Of a stretch of 64,000 nt of DNA, positions 52,473 to 61,697 are shown piece after piece. The first letter of the stretch is position 1, and each line of letters opens with the position of its first letter. The notes below the pieces were generated by a model. That model was not told the origin of the DNA. It saw only the letters and a program-made list of their open reading frames with translations, and ran no database searches. This DNA is from a virus (taxonomy: Duplodnaviria > Caudoviricetes): IMG/VR virus record IMGVR_UViG_2645727757_000001, positions 64,001 through 128,000 of that record. One strand, written 5' to 3'. The translations under genes were made by a program, and so were the position numbers.

Positions 52473-52580
52473 GGCTCAAAAGCTCTAAGCTCTGTTCTCT
52501 AGGCTCTGGCTCTATCAATAGAACCATAGTCACGGTACTCTGGCTCTGGTGCTCTGTTTCTGGCTCTAGGCTCTGGCTCT
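52473..52580. repeat. (G)GCTCT short-repeat tract
   Basis: Nine GCTCT copies; 17-nt direct repeat ctctaggctctggctct at 52497 and 52564. Confidence 0.85.
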
Positions 52581-52638
52581 TGACGTACCGAAGGTATAAA
52601 AAATGACCTCTATAAAAATATAGAAGTCATTATTATAA

Positions 52639-53679
52639 TTATTTTTGAACCTCATTCAACTTGAACTCAACAGTATATTCAAACTCTTTGTCTATGGCAC
52701 CAATCAAGCCTAGTACCTTAGTTTCAATTTCCTCGCCTGTAAATAAACCATTGAGAGATAGAGAAATTCCTTGTTTATTTTTCTCTTCCGCAAGTTGATT
52801 GTTAAGAGTAAGCACCTCATTCTTTAGCTGCTCTATAAGTTTTAATTGTTCATCTAGTATTCGTTTAGTTTCAGCATCCATCACAGGAGTTGGTTCATGG
52901 TGGATTTCTGCTTCATCAACCTTTTGTGCTTCAATTATAGTATCACTATTTTTAACAACAACAGTTTTAGTTTCATTAGTTGTATCAGCTTGTTCATTCA
53001 TAGAATCTACAGATAGTTCTCCTTTTTTAATCATTTCCTTGATACCAACAACATCTATACCATATTTACTATAGTATGTTGATATAGAAGCAGCAGCTAA
53101 TCCAGTTGCTTTAGCTATATCGTTTGTATCATATCCCTTAATAACACAATCTGTAATATATTCTTTTCTTTGTTGTTTATCCATTAATTTAAATCTTCTA
53201 GCTATATCTGGAAGTGCACCATTATTTTCAGCACCTATAGAAAGCTTTGTTTGAACCTGTTTATCATTTTTAGTTCCAGCAGTAGGAGTTATCTTCTTCG
53301 ATCTTATTTCATATTCAACTCCATATTTATTAAATAAAGTATAAAGTTTCCCCATAGAAATACCAAAATGTTCAGTCAACTTCTTTACAGGATGTTTAGC
53401 CTTTATTGTTTTTAAAATTGATGTTATAGCTTGTGGATCTTTTTTCTCTAACTCCACTAAGCTAGGAATGTTTTTAATATCATCATATACGTTACTCATT
53501 ATAACCTCTCCGTTCAGTAATTTTTTTTCACTTCTTGAAAGAAAATCGTATTGTGTTTTAACACCGCCTCGAATGAAACCTTTCCTAGAAGCTCTGTTAT
53601 AAACACCTCTTCCGCTTTTCTTTTTCTCGAATACATCCATATGGAATATTCTTTCTACGTCATTATCTCTGTTATACAT
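52639..53679 (-). CDS. Phage protein with HTH motifs and coiled coil, putative regulator
   Basis: KKLTEHFGISMGKLYTLF and DIAKATGLAAASISTY HTH-like segments. Confidence 0.6.
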   Translation of the reverse strand: MYNRDNDVERIFHMDVFEKKKSGRGVYNRASRKGFIRGGVKTQYDFLSRSEKKLLNGEVIMSNVYDDIKNIPSLVELEKKDPQAITSILKTIKAKHPVKKLTEHFGISMGKLYTLFNKYGVEYEIRSKKITPTAGTKNDKQVQTKLSIGAENNGALPDIARRFKLMDKQQRKEYITDCVIKGYDTNDIAKATGLAAASISTYYSKYGIDVVGIKEMIKKGELSVDSMNEQADTTNETKTVVVKNSDTIIEAQKVDEAEIHHEPTPVMDAETKRILDEQLKLIEQLKNEVLTLNNQLAEEKNKQGISLSLNGLFTGEEIETKVLGLIGAIDKEFEYTVEFKLNEVQK

Positions 53680-53723
53680 TTCCCATACTACACCCTCTAT
53701 TCCTAATTTTTTATCTCAATTAA

Positions 53724-53752
53724 ATTATAATATTTTATATACCACTATTCAA
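53724..53752 (-). promoter_or_regulatory. SigA-type promoter
   Basis: Minus strand TTGAAT-17 nt-TATAAT upstream of 53679. Confidence 0.55.
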
Positions 53753-53805
53753 TATTTTTTGACATATTAGGACATTAGAGGGAAAACCCCTCTAATATTC
53801 CATAC

Positions 53806-54666
53806 CTAGCACTTAATTCTTGTAGGTCTTAATCCATATTCTTTAGCTATATTATAGAACAATAAAGCTGAACCAGGTTTAGGTGAGTTTTCGCTAGTGA
53901 ATACTACTACTGATCTGTTTTTAAATTTACCAGCTAACTCGGCAAGTGTAACAGCTATTCTAGTAACAGGAGAAGTGTTATCTGGTTTACTATTAAGTTT
54001 CATAAATTTAATATCATTTATTTCAGCGAAATCAATAGCGTGTTTACAAGCACCATATTTTTCTCTAGTTATAATAAGAACATTTTCTTTACCGTATTTT
54101 TCTATTGCTTTATTACATTCAGATTCAACTAAAGCATAATCAACATAAGTTGTTCCATCAATTATTAAAGCGAATTTATCACTTAATTTCTTACAGTTAG
54201 TTTTTATGCTAACGTTTTCTTTTTCGTGAACGCTATAAACCTTAGCACTTGTATTTTCTTCTATTACATATTCATAAACCTCAAATCTATCATCTAATAT
54301 ATTCATAATGTTCTTTTCTATAGAAGACCAGTTCTTAGAAGAGAATTTATATCCAAATGATGGTATTCTTACAGAGTTCCATCCCATTTCATCTATAAGA
54401 CTAACAAGCTCTTTGCATGATTTCACTATTTGTGAAAGACTTGGTTTTCCATTAACTAATACAGGTAGTGAGATAAATGTTACTAGTTTATCATCAATAA
54501 GTTCATTAGCAAATAGTTCTACAGATTTAGCATTTGATAAGTCAGTAGTATCAAGATCATTGAATTTAGTTTTGAATTCTTTAGCAAAGTCTTTAGTAGC
54601 AGGAACAGCAAAGATTTCTCCATCAGCGAAATTGAACATATTAGTTTTTATTGTAGATTTTTTCAT
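53806..54666 (-). CDS. Putative Macro-like domain fused to SLOG/DUF2493-like domain
   Basis: N: FAKEFK..F...IVKSCKELV.L....GW.SV.IP.FG....W..I...LDDRF; C: LIIDG....DY......IIT....GA...A..FA. Confidence 0.45.
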   Translation of the reverse strand: MKKSTIKTNMFNFADGEIFAVPATKDFAKEFKTKFNDLDTTDLSNAKSVELFANELIDDKLVTFISLPVLVNGKPSLSQIVKSCKELVSLIDEMGWNSVRIPSFGYKFSSKNWSSIEKNIMNILDDRFEVYEYVIEENTSAKVYSVHEKENVSIKTNCKKLSDKFALIIDGTTYVDYALVESECNKAIEKYGKENVLIITREKYGACKHAIDFAEINDIKFMKLNSKPDNTSPVTRIAVTLAELAGKFKNRSVVVFTSENSPKPGSALLFYNIAKEYGLRPTRIKC

Positions 54667-54724
54667 AATTAATACACTCCTTATAATTAAAAATTTATTT
54701 TTTATAATTTAATTTTGATAAAAT

Positions 54725-54752
54725 AAAAAGAGCTTAGTATAAAACTAAGCTC
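54725..54752 (-). terminator. Terminator after polymerase gene
   Basis: gagcttagt/actaagctc stem with U-run. Confidence 0.7.
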
Positions 54753-54779
54753 AATACAAAAACCTCAATTTAATATAAA

Positions 54780-57700
54780 TTAATCTTCAAATTCAAATTC
54801 AAATTCAAATTCTTCACTTGATAAATCATCAAGAACTTCTATTCCATCTAGTTCATCAAAGTTATCATTTAGGCTATCAATTACTTCACAGTCTATAACT
54901 TCTAGTGAATCATCAAATGATTCTTCTACTACTGAACTTGTATCAAAAGTGAATTCAGCATTATCCTCTTCAATTACTTCAAATCCTTCTGTTATTTCTT
55001 CTTCGTAATTTAATAGGTCTATTCCGTCATATTCTACAACGTCACTCATTTTAACTTTATCTTCAACTTTAATAGTTTCTTCATCTGAAATTTCTCTTAC
55101 AGCTTTAACTCTTATATCTATATTGTTTCTGTAAGCTAATTCTTCCTTTTCATCAGTCCATTCGATAACGTTGTTATTTATTTGATAATCATTAGGAATA
55201 TAATGCATATCACTTTCGCTAAAGTCAGCTTTAAATACTAAACCGTTTGCAGAATTTACATCGTTTAATCCGTAGCTACCAACCATCATTAATGGTTTCT
55301 TATCTACTACTACCCAAAGACCATCATTACATCTTTGTACTGTAAATTCTCCTTTAGCTTGTATAGTTCTTATAGATTCTGATACAGATTCTCCATCTGT
55401 TGAGTATACTAATGTCATAAATTCATTAGTATTTGTTGCTTTCGCAACAACTCTATTTTGCGCTGCCGCGCAAATTCTAGGAACTCTAATAATCTTAGAA
55501 TCTTCAACTTCAATTACATCATATTTTCCAGGTCTTAAATCAGTAGTTTCTACGAATTTACCATTTATGAATAATGCACCAACATTATTTATAACAACTG
55601 ATTTTACTTCTTCATCTGTCTTTGGTAATCTGTATAAATCACTACCTTTAGTACATTCTCTTAATAAATCTAATAGTTCATTTCTGAATACATTCCATAC
55701 AAATCCTCTAGATTTTGTATTGTCATTATTAGGTCTTATATAACATACTTCATAAGCTGTAGCTACTACTGTATTTAATTTACTAATACTACCATTAACG
55801 TATGATAATAATGCATTTCTGTATTCATTGTAGATAGATTCTATCTTTTCCCAAGATTCTTTTCTTACTTTTTCTACTTCTTCTTGTGTCATTTCATCAT
55901 CTATTGTATATAGTGAACGAACATCTATTATACGTTCTCTGCAAAGCTTTTCCATTTTAGCTATTCTTGGTTTTATAGAAGCGTGTTCATCTTTATCAAC
56001 AACTTTTAATAATTTATATACTAAAGTTGTATCAGTAGCTACCTTTTTAGTTAGTATTTCTCTAATTCTAGCTTTACTATATTTGTATAAGTTTGTCATT
56101 GGAGAATCAGATTCTTTTAATATTCTTTCATCATCTATATATACATCACCACATTTAGCTATGAAATATTCTGAATTTTTCTTGAATTGTTTCTTTGCAA
56201 GTAACCATTCTGGTCTTACTTTCATATTAGCATATGCAGGAATAACTACTTCTTCACCAGTCTTTTGTTTATCTATATCCCATCCTTGGATAAATCTTAA
56301 TTTCTTTAATACATCAGATACTCTGTGTTTTCTTCCTGTCTTGTCTATATAAGTTGTACATCCACTATTTAATAAATCAGTAAATGTTGTAGCAACGTCA
56401 GTAATAAATCCTAATTGTGATCCTTCCATAGAATCTCTGTAGAAGCTCCTTAAAATATCCTCATTAATATCACTAACAGGAGCTTTGTGTTTAAGGTTAT
56501 CATTTATAACATAGTCTTTATTATTAAAGAATTTAATAACTCTTTCATCTCTAATACAGTTAGCATGGTCACCATCAACGTCTGCTCCACCAAGAGAAGG
56601 TAATATATCATCGAATGGATTTAAGACCATTAAGTCTTCTAAATACCAAAGACGGTCATTTTTGCAAGTAGTTATCTTTCTAGCTTCACTCTTATCTATT
56701 AAAGGATTTCTAGTTAAAACAACTTCTCCTTCTATATTGTTAAGATAGAACTCTCCAGATTGTAAACAACCAAATCTATCAGTAAGATATAATGGGTCAA
56801 CTACTAGGAAATTATAATCTCCTTCAACTTGGATTCTACCAAATGCAACTTCATATAGGTAATTACCTACAAGTTTTCTTAATTTAGAATTGATATATTC
56901 ATCTTTTAGTATTTCATCTGACGCTTCTAATGCCTCTGTTAATACACTTACTAGATGTTTTTCTTCATAATCAAGGTTGTATTCACTATTAGTATCTTTA
57001 ACTAAACCTAAGAAAGTTTTAGCAGCTACAGGATTAGATAATATATTATCTTTAACTTTACTAAATTCAGTTTCAGCAAGTTCAATTAAGTTCTTAGAAT
57101 CTATGTCACTAGCACCTATTGCTTGATAATTTAGATAAGATTTTCCTGTCTTTTTGTGGTTTAGTGATACTACAGAGAATTCTAGTTTAGAACGTCCAGT
57201 TTCATCTCTAAAAGCATCACTATCGTACTTTCTTACGCTTTCTGGCATAAGAATATCGTAATCAGCATATTCTGGAACTCTCTTGTTAAAGTCGTCCATT
57301 ACAACTATACCTTTATCTCCACCGTGTCTAAATTGAATTATTCTTTGTACCTTTTTGAAAATCTTTCTTAATCTTGAATTACCATCTATAGCTATCTTTA
57401 AAGTTGCTAAATTTAAATCTTTATATGCTTCTAAGAAGTAATCTAATTCAGCTTTACTCATTAATCCTAAATCCTCTGTAGCTTTAGCTAAAAATTCAAC
57501 TGTAGCAGATGCTTGACCATCACAAGCTGTATTACAGATATAGTTATCTCTAATGAATTTAGGGATTAATTTTTCACATAAATAGCCATCTGGTAACATG
57601 AATCTATTTAATTTAGATTTTAAATCATAATTTCCAGTTTCAGTTTTCTTTAATATAACATCACCAAATGGTTTTATTATTTCCTCTGGAATTATGCAAG

Positions 57701-58964
57701 TAGATTCAGCTATTTCAACGTTATCTTTAATAACTTTAATCATAGGTTTTAGTGAAGTTGATTTTGAGTTAGTAGCAGCTAGAGCTTTACGTCCATCATA
57801 TTTACTAACATTACATTTACCATTTTCATCTAATATAGCACTAGGATCACCGCATAATAGTCTATTAGCAACAGTTGTCCATTTTTCTGATGAATAAGTT
57901 ATTCTACTTTGTCTAGCTTGTGAGAAACTTCTAGAACAAGGATTAAAATGTCTATTAAGTTCTTCATCGTAATATCCTTCCATTATAATGAATTTTACTT
58001 TTTCTAAAAGTATTTCTTTTGATTCTTCAAAGCAAGTCTTTCTTTCAGCTTTAGATAAATCCTTATATACGTATCCTCTTGATTTAATATTATCCATTAC
58101 CATTCTATTAGTTACACTTCCATTGAAAGTTGAGAAGTTGTATAGTTGATATTGAACTGTTCCATCTTCTAAAGTAACCTTAGAACCAAATTCTCTAGCT
58201 AATCTTGATTCAGATATTTTTTCTTTACATTTAGCTTCTTTAGGTAATACATATTTTCCGTTTTTGAATACTATATCATCAATAGTAAACATCTTAGTGT
58301 GATATTGGTTTTTCTTAATCCTAGGTCTGTTTATATAGTATTCAGCTAATGATTTAATGCTATCTAATTCGATGTAGTTCATTAATCTTACAGCTTCGCT
58401 ATTGAATATGAATATATCGTTATTTGCCCCGTATAGGGAATCTTCTGTGTCTACTTCGACTGATTCTCTTATGAACTTTTTATCGAATGTTACACCATCA
58501 ACGTATCTTGCCATTTTCTTAAAGTTTATGGCAGTAACAACTGAACAACCTTCTACATATTCACTATCTTCATTTGGTACAACTGTTCCAAAGATTTTCT
58601 TTATTAATTTATAATCATCAGTATTAGTTATTTTGATTATATTACCTTCGTTCTTTAATATTAAGAAACCTTCAACTGTTCCTTCGATTATTCCTCTCTT
58701 GTATTTTCTAACTAGTGAAGGTCTTTTTCCAGAGTACTTTTTAGTAACTAAACCGCCTTGTGGTAATACAGTTATACCGTTGCTTATTTTATAGTTAACT
58801 GTATTTTGAGAAGAGCTTAAAAGAGATTTGTTCAATAACATACTATTGAATCTTTCCATTAAAGCATTAATCATTGTTTCCTTAGTATTAGTAGCATCCA
58901 TACCTGTTAATGAACATAATTCTTCCTTGTTTAATCTCTTTAATAAATTTTCTAATTTTTTCAT
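54780..58964 (-). CDS. YonO-like / cellular-RdRP-like single-subunit two-barrel RNA polymerase
   Basis: CDGQ, QFRHGGDKG, LTRNP, LGGADVDGD (DxDGD catalytic loop), DIDKQKTG; start set to ATG 58964 after an AAGGAG RBS. Confidence 0.85.
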   Translation of the reverse strand: MKKLENLLKRLNKEELCSLTGMDATNTKETMINALMERFNSMLLNKSLLSSSQNTVNYKISNGITVLPQGGLVTKKYSGKRPSLVRKYKRGIIEGTVEGFLILKNEGNIIKITNTDDYKLIKKIFGTVVPNEDSEYVEGCSVVTAINFKKMARYVDGVTFDKKFIRESVEVDTEDSLYGANNDIFIFNSEAVRLMNYIELDSIKSLAEYYINRPRIKKNQYHTKMFTIDDIVFKNGKYVLPKEAKCKEKISESRLAREFGSKVTLEDGTVQYQLYNFSTFNGSVTNRMVMDNIKSRGYVYKDLSKAERKTCFEESKEILLEKVKFIIMEGYYDEELNRHFNPCSRSFSQARQSRITYSSEKWTTVANRLLCGDPSAILDENGKCNVSKYDGRKALAATNSKSTSLKPMIKVIKDNVEIAESTCIIPEEIIKPFGDVILKKTETGNYDLKSKLNRFMLPDGYLCEKLIPKFIRDNYICNTACDGQASATVEFLAKATEDLGLMSKAELDYFLEAYKDLNLATLKIAIDGNSRLRKIFKKVQRIIQFRHGGDKGIVVMDDFNKRVPEYADYDILMPESVRKYDSDAFRDETGRSKLEFSVVSLNHKKTGKSYLNYQAIGASDIDSKNLIELAETEFSKVKDNILSNPVAAKTFLGLVKDTNSEYNLDYEEKHLVSVLTEALEASDEILKDEYINSKLRKLVGNYLYEVAFGRIQVEGDYNFLVVDPLYLTDRFGCLQSGEFYLNNIEGEVVLTRNPLIDKSEARKITTCKNDRLWYLEDLMVLNPFDDILPSLGGADVDGDHANCIRDERVIKFFNNKDYVINDNLKHKAPVSDINEDILRSFYRDSMEGSQLGFITDVATTFTDLLNSGCTTYIDKTGRKHRVSDVLKKLRFIQGWDIDKQKTGEEVVIPAYANMKVRPEWLLAKKQFKKNSEYFIAKCGDVYIDDERILKESDSPMTNLYKYSKARIREILTKKVATDTTLVYKLLKVVDKDEHASIKPRIAKMEKLCRERIIDVRSLYTIDDEMTQEEVEKVRKESWEKIESIYNEYRNALLSYVNGSISKLNTVVATAYEVCYIRPNNDNTKSRGFVWNVFRNELLDLLRECTKGSDLYRLPKTDEEVKSVVINNVGALFINGKFVETTDLRPGKYDVIEVEDSKIIRVPRICAAAQNRVVAKATNTNEFMTLVYSTDGESVSESIRTIQAKGEFTVQRCNDGLWVVVDKKPLMMVGSYGLNDVNSANGLVFKADFSESDMHYIPNDYQINNNVIEWTDEKEELAYRNNIDIRVKAVREISDEETIKVEDKVKMSDVVEYDGIDLLNYEEEITEGFEVIEEDNAEFTFDTSSVVEESFDDSLEVIDCEVIDSLNDNFDELDGIEVLDDLSSEEFEFEFEFED

Positions 58965-59068
58965 AATTTTAACACTCCTTTTATTCAAATCATAATTTTT
59001 ATAAAGCACTTAGTAATAAAGCAATAAAAAAGAGGAAGCCAATTTTTTTGACTTCCACTTAGTAAAAC

Positions 59069-59428
59069 CTATTTAATTAACTTAGATAGATTTTCTCCAA
59101 TTTCAAAATCTATTTTCTTATTAGTTTTCTTATCAATAATCCTTAGTTTATTATCATATACCAAAGTATAATTACTTTTGTCATTAGTTAATATAGAATC
59201 ATTAGTTTTACTCTCATTTTTAGCTTTAGTTACTTTAGGTTCTTTTTCAATTATATCTGGAATAAAATCCACTTCTATAACTTCAACTTCCTTTTTATTG
59301 CTTAGTGTATAAAAGTCTTTTAGTAAGTTTTTTAGTGAATTAAAATTTTCTTTTGTATAATTATCCTTTGATGCATTAAGAGCAACTGCAAGATCATATA
59401 TTGCTTTATTCATTTTATCCATATACAA
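59069..59428 (-). CDS. Hypothetical protein
   Basis: 119 aa, AGGAGG RBS. Confidence 0.6.
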   Translation of the reverse strand: MYMDKMNKAIYDLAVALNASKDNYTKENFNSLKNLLKDFYTLSNKKEVEVIEVDFIPDIIEKEPKVTKAKNESKTNDSILTNDKSNYTLVYDNKLRIIDKKTNKKIDFEIGENLSKLIK

Positions 59429-59433
59429 ACCTC

Positions 59434-59904
59434 CTAATAAATTGATGAATTAAAGTATTTTCTTTGGCAAGTATAACAATAATACTTACCTTCATGTTTA
59501 GTTCCTTCTGCTTTGTGCATATGCCTTTCTATGAAGTCAACTGTTCTCTTTTGTAATCTCTTTCCACACAAATCACAATGTTTATTACTAAGGGTTTTAT
59601 CTTTGCTAAAGTTATCATTATAATTATCTTTACAGTAAAGTTTTTCTAGAGCTATATCTGTACAATTAATAACTTCAACCTTGTTATCTATGATAAGAAC
59701 TAAACTAGGTTTACCGTTTATTTCTCTTATATCCAATATAGGTTTAGATACAGCTTTTACTTCTTCAATAACGTTAACCTCTATATTATCTTTATCTTTG
59801 TGAATAAGGTCAGGTATACTATCGAAAGTACACCCTTCTTCTTCTTTTAGTATGAAGTTATCCAATATATCAAGATCATCTAAGGAAATATCGAATTCAT
59901 TCAT
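59434..59904 (-). CDS. Hypothetical protein with C-terminal zinc finger
   Basis: CDLCG...YCYTCQ. Confidence 0.6.
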   Translation of the reverse strand: MNEFDISLDDLDILDNFILKEEEGCTFDSIPDLIHKDKDNIEVNVIEEVKAVSKPILDIREINGKPSLVLIIDNKVEVINCTDIALEKLYCKDNYNDNFSKDKTLSNKHCDLCGKRLQKRTVDFIERHMHKAEGTKHEGKYYCYTCQRKYFNSSIY

Positions 59905-60788
59905 TATTTATCTTCCTCCATTTCTTCTAATCTTTTTCTTAATTTAGAAATTAATTCTTCATTTCTCTTTATTGCATCTTCTGTTTCCTTCTTAGATACT
60001 TCAACTTTAAAAGCATCCTTTTTGTTTAATATATTGTGGTCGAAGCTTCTCTTAATACTCTTACAAGCTCCTACAGTTTCTTTGCAAGTGTTATAACCAA
60101 CTCTAACTATTAAAGTAACGCCAACTACTAAAGTATTTACAGCAAACTTAGCAATACCTAGAAATACAGCAGCTAATCCTATAACAAATATTCCAAATTT
60201 AGCGAAGATATTTATTATTGTTGGGTGCATTTCCTCGATATTGTATGCTTTCTCTTCTAAACTAGCTTTTAAATCTTTCAACATTTTTGAAGACTTGTTT
60301 TCTTCTCCATCAGTTATTTCTTCAACTTCCTTAATTCTTTTGTTTAATGCTGTTATTAATTCGTAGTAACCTGCTTCTGGAGTTGAGTTTAATATCTTTT
60401 CTACTCTAGTTTTTCCAATGAATCTAAATGATTTATTAACATCACCTTCTAATATCTTTAAATCTTCCTCTAGTTTCTTAACTTCCTCTTCTGTAGCTTG
60501 TCTTTCTTTCGCTTCTTCTTCTGCCTTTACTTCTTTTGCAGCTTCTGTAAATAACTTATCAAAGAAATCTTTATCTAGGTCTTCCTCATTTTCAGCTACT
60601 TCGTATTTTCTTCCCATTTCTTTTAGTACCTCTTCAAAGTCTTTGTCTTCTTCATCAACTATAACAACAGCATCTTTAAATTTGCTGAATAGATATAGCA
60701 TAGCTTTTCTGATGTTTTCTTCATTTCTGTCAAGGTTGAATTTAACAGTTTTTTCCATTGAGTTTGTAGTGAATTTCATTTTGAACAT
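59904..60788 (-). CDS. Coiled-coil protein with hydrophobic/amphipathic segment
   Basis: Glu/Lys-rich; IFAKFGIFVIGLAAVFLGIAKFAVNTLVVGV; GGAGG RBS. Confidence 0.6.
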   Translation of the reverse strand: MFKMKFTTNSMEKTVKFNLDRNEENIRKAMLYLFSKFKDAVVIVDEEDKDFEEVLKEMGRKYEVAENEEDLDKDFFDKLFTEAAKEVKAEEEAKERQATEEEVKKLEEDLKILEGDVNKSFRFIGKTRVEKILNSTPEAGYYELITALNKRIKEVEEITDGEENKSSKMLKDLKASLEEKAYNIEEMHPTIINIFAKFGIFVIGLAAVFLGIAKFAVNTLVVGVTLIVRVGYNTCKETVGACKSIKRSFDHNILNKKDAFKVEVSKKETEDAIKRNEELISKLRKRLEEMEEDK

Positions 60789-61013
60789 AAAGCACCTCCA
60801 TTGAGCGGGTAGGTCATTGCCTATATATCCACATACTCTGTGCCAAAAAACATTTCAAAAGATAAACTCCATATAGTAGGGGTACCCCATGAAACATTTT
60901 TTTATTTCAAGGGTTATATATATAGGTACTGCCAGAAAATATATCTAATTTTTTTGGGCTAGGGTGATCCAAATTAACGGTCATTTTGAAGTGATAAGGC
61001 GGGGTTTGGGCGC

Positions 61014-61049
61014 AAAAAAAATATACTAGCTTAGAAAAGCTAGTATATA
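61014..61049 (-). terminator. Terminator-like hairpin
   Basis: atatactagctt/aagctagtatat stem with U-run on the minus strand. Confidence 0.6.
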
Positions 61050-61190
61050 TAACTAAATTTTTTGGTACATAACATAGAAATGTTACAAATTTAAAGTTTT
61101 CTGGAGTATATAAAGAGGTATAGGAGCTAAATATATCAAAACAAAGTTTTGCTATATTAGCAATAATATAAATGCTAGGAGGTATAGCTT

Positions 61191-61457
61191 ATGGCAATTA
61201 AAATGGTAGTTGATGAAATAAGGCGTTTAAGCCAAGAAGAAGGCTTAAACGATTTGGAAATAGCCAAGATACTAGGATGCTCCCAGTCAACTGTGAGCCG
61301 AGCGAGATCTTCTAACAATATACCAAGGTATAATGTTAGAAATCGAAAGGATAAGAGCTATGTATGTCTTTCCTGCAATAAAGAAATCTTTATAGCACGA
61401 AAGGAAAAAGTTAAGCTTTATTGTCCTGAATGTAAAGAAAAAAGGCAGAAAAAATAG
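61191..61457 (+). CDS. HTH + zinc-ribbon regulator; the only credible plus-strand gene
   Basis: AGGAGG RBS; LNDLEIAKILGCSQSTVSRAR; CLSC...YCPEC. Confidence 0.8.
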   Translation: MAIKMVVDEIRRLSQEEGLNDLEIAKILGCSQSTVSRARSSNNIPRYNVRNRKDKSYVCLSCNKEIFIARKEKVKLYCPECKEKRQKK

Positions 61458-61697
61458 CTAAAAAAAAAATTTTGGCCCCTGGCTAAAAATAGCCAAGGGC
61501 CGTGTTATAAAATAAAAAAGGTAAAATAGTAATGTAATATATTTAAAAGAGGAAAGCCGAGTTAAAAACTCGACTACAACTCTACAATAACACTTTTCTA
61601 AGTAGATTCCATAAATATTCTCGAAGTAAATGGAGGAGCCATGAGTAAGGTCCCCAAAAGTATTTTATCTTATTTTTACAATTTTGTAAATAATTTT

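Noticed and set aside
52473-52580. CRISPR array
   Set aside because: Units are 5-7 nt with no unique 25-45-nt spacers; no cas genes in the window
52379-52606. 75-aa plus-strand ORF over the repeat tract
   Set aside because: TTG start without RBS, atypical composition; better explained as non-coding repeats
58965-59009. ORF-track GTG start of the polymerase
   Set aside because: ATG at 58964 has a well-spaced AAGGAG RBS; the upstream GTG has none
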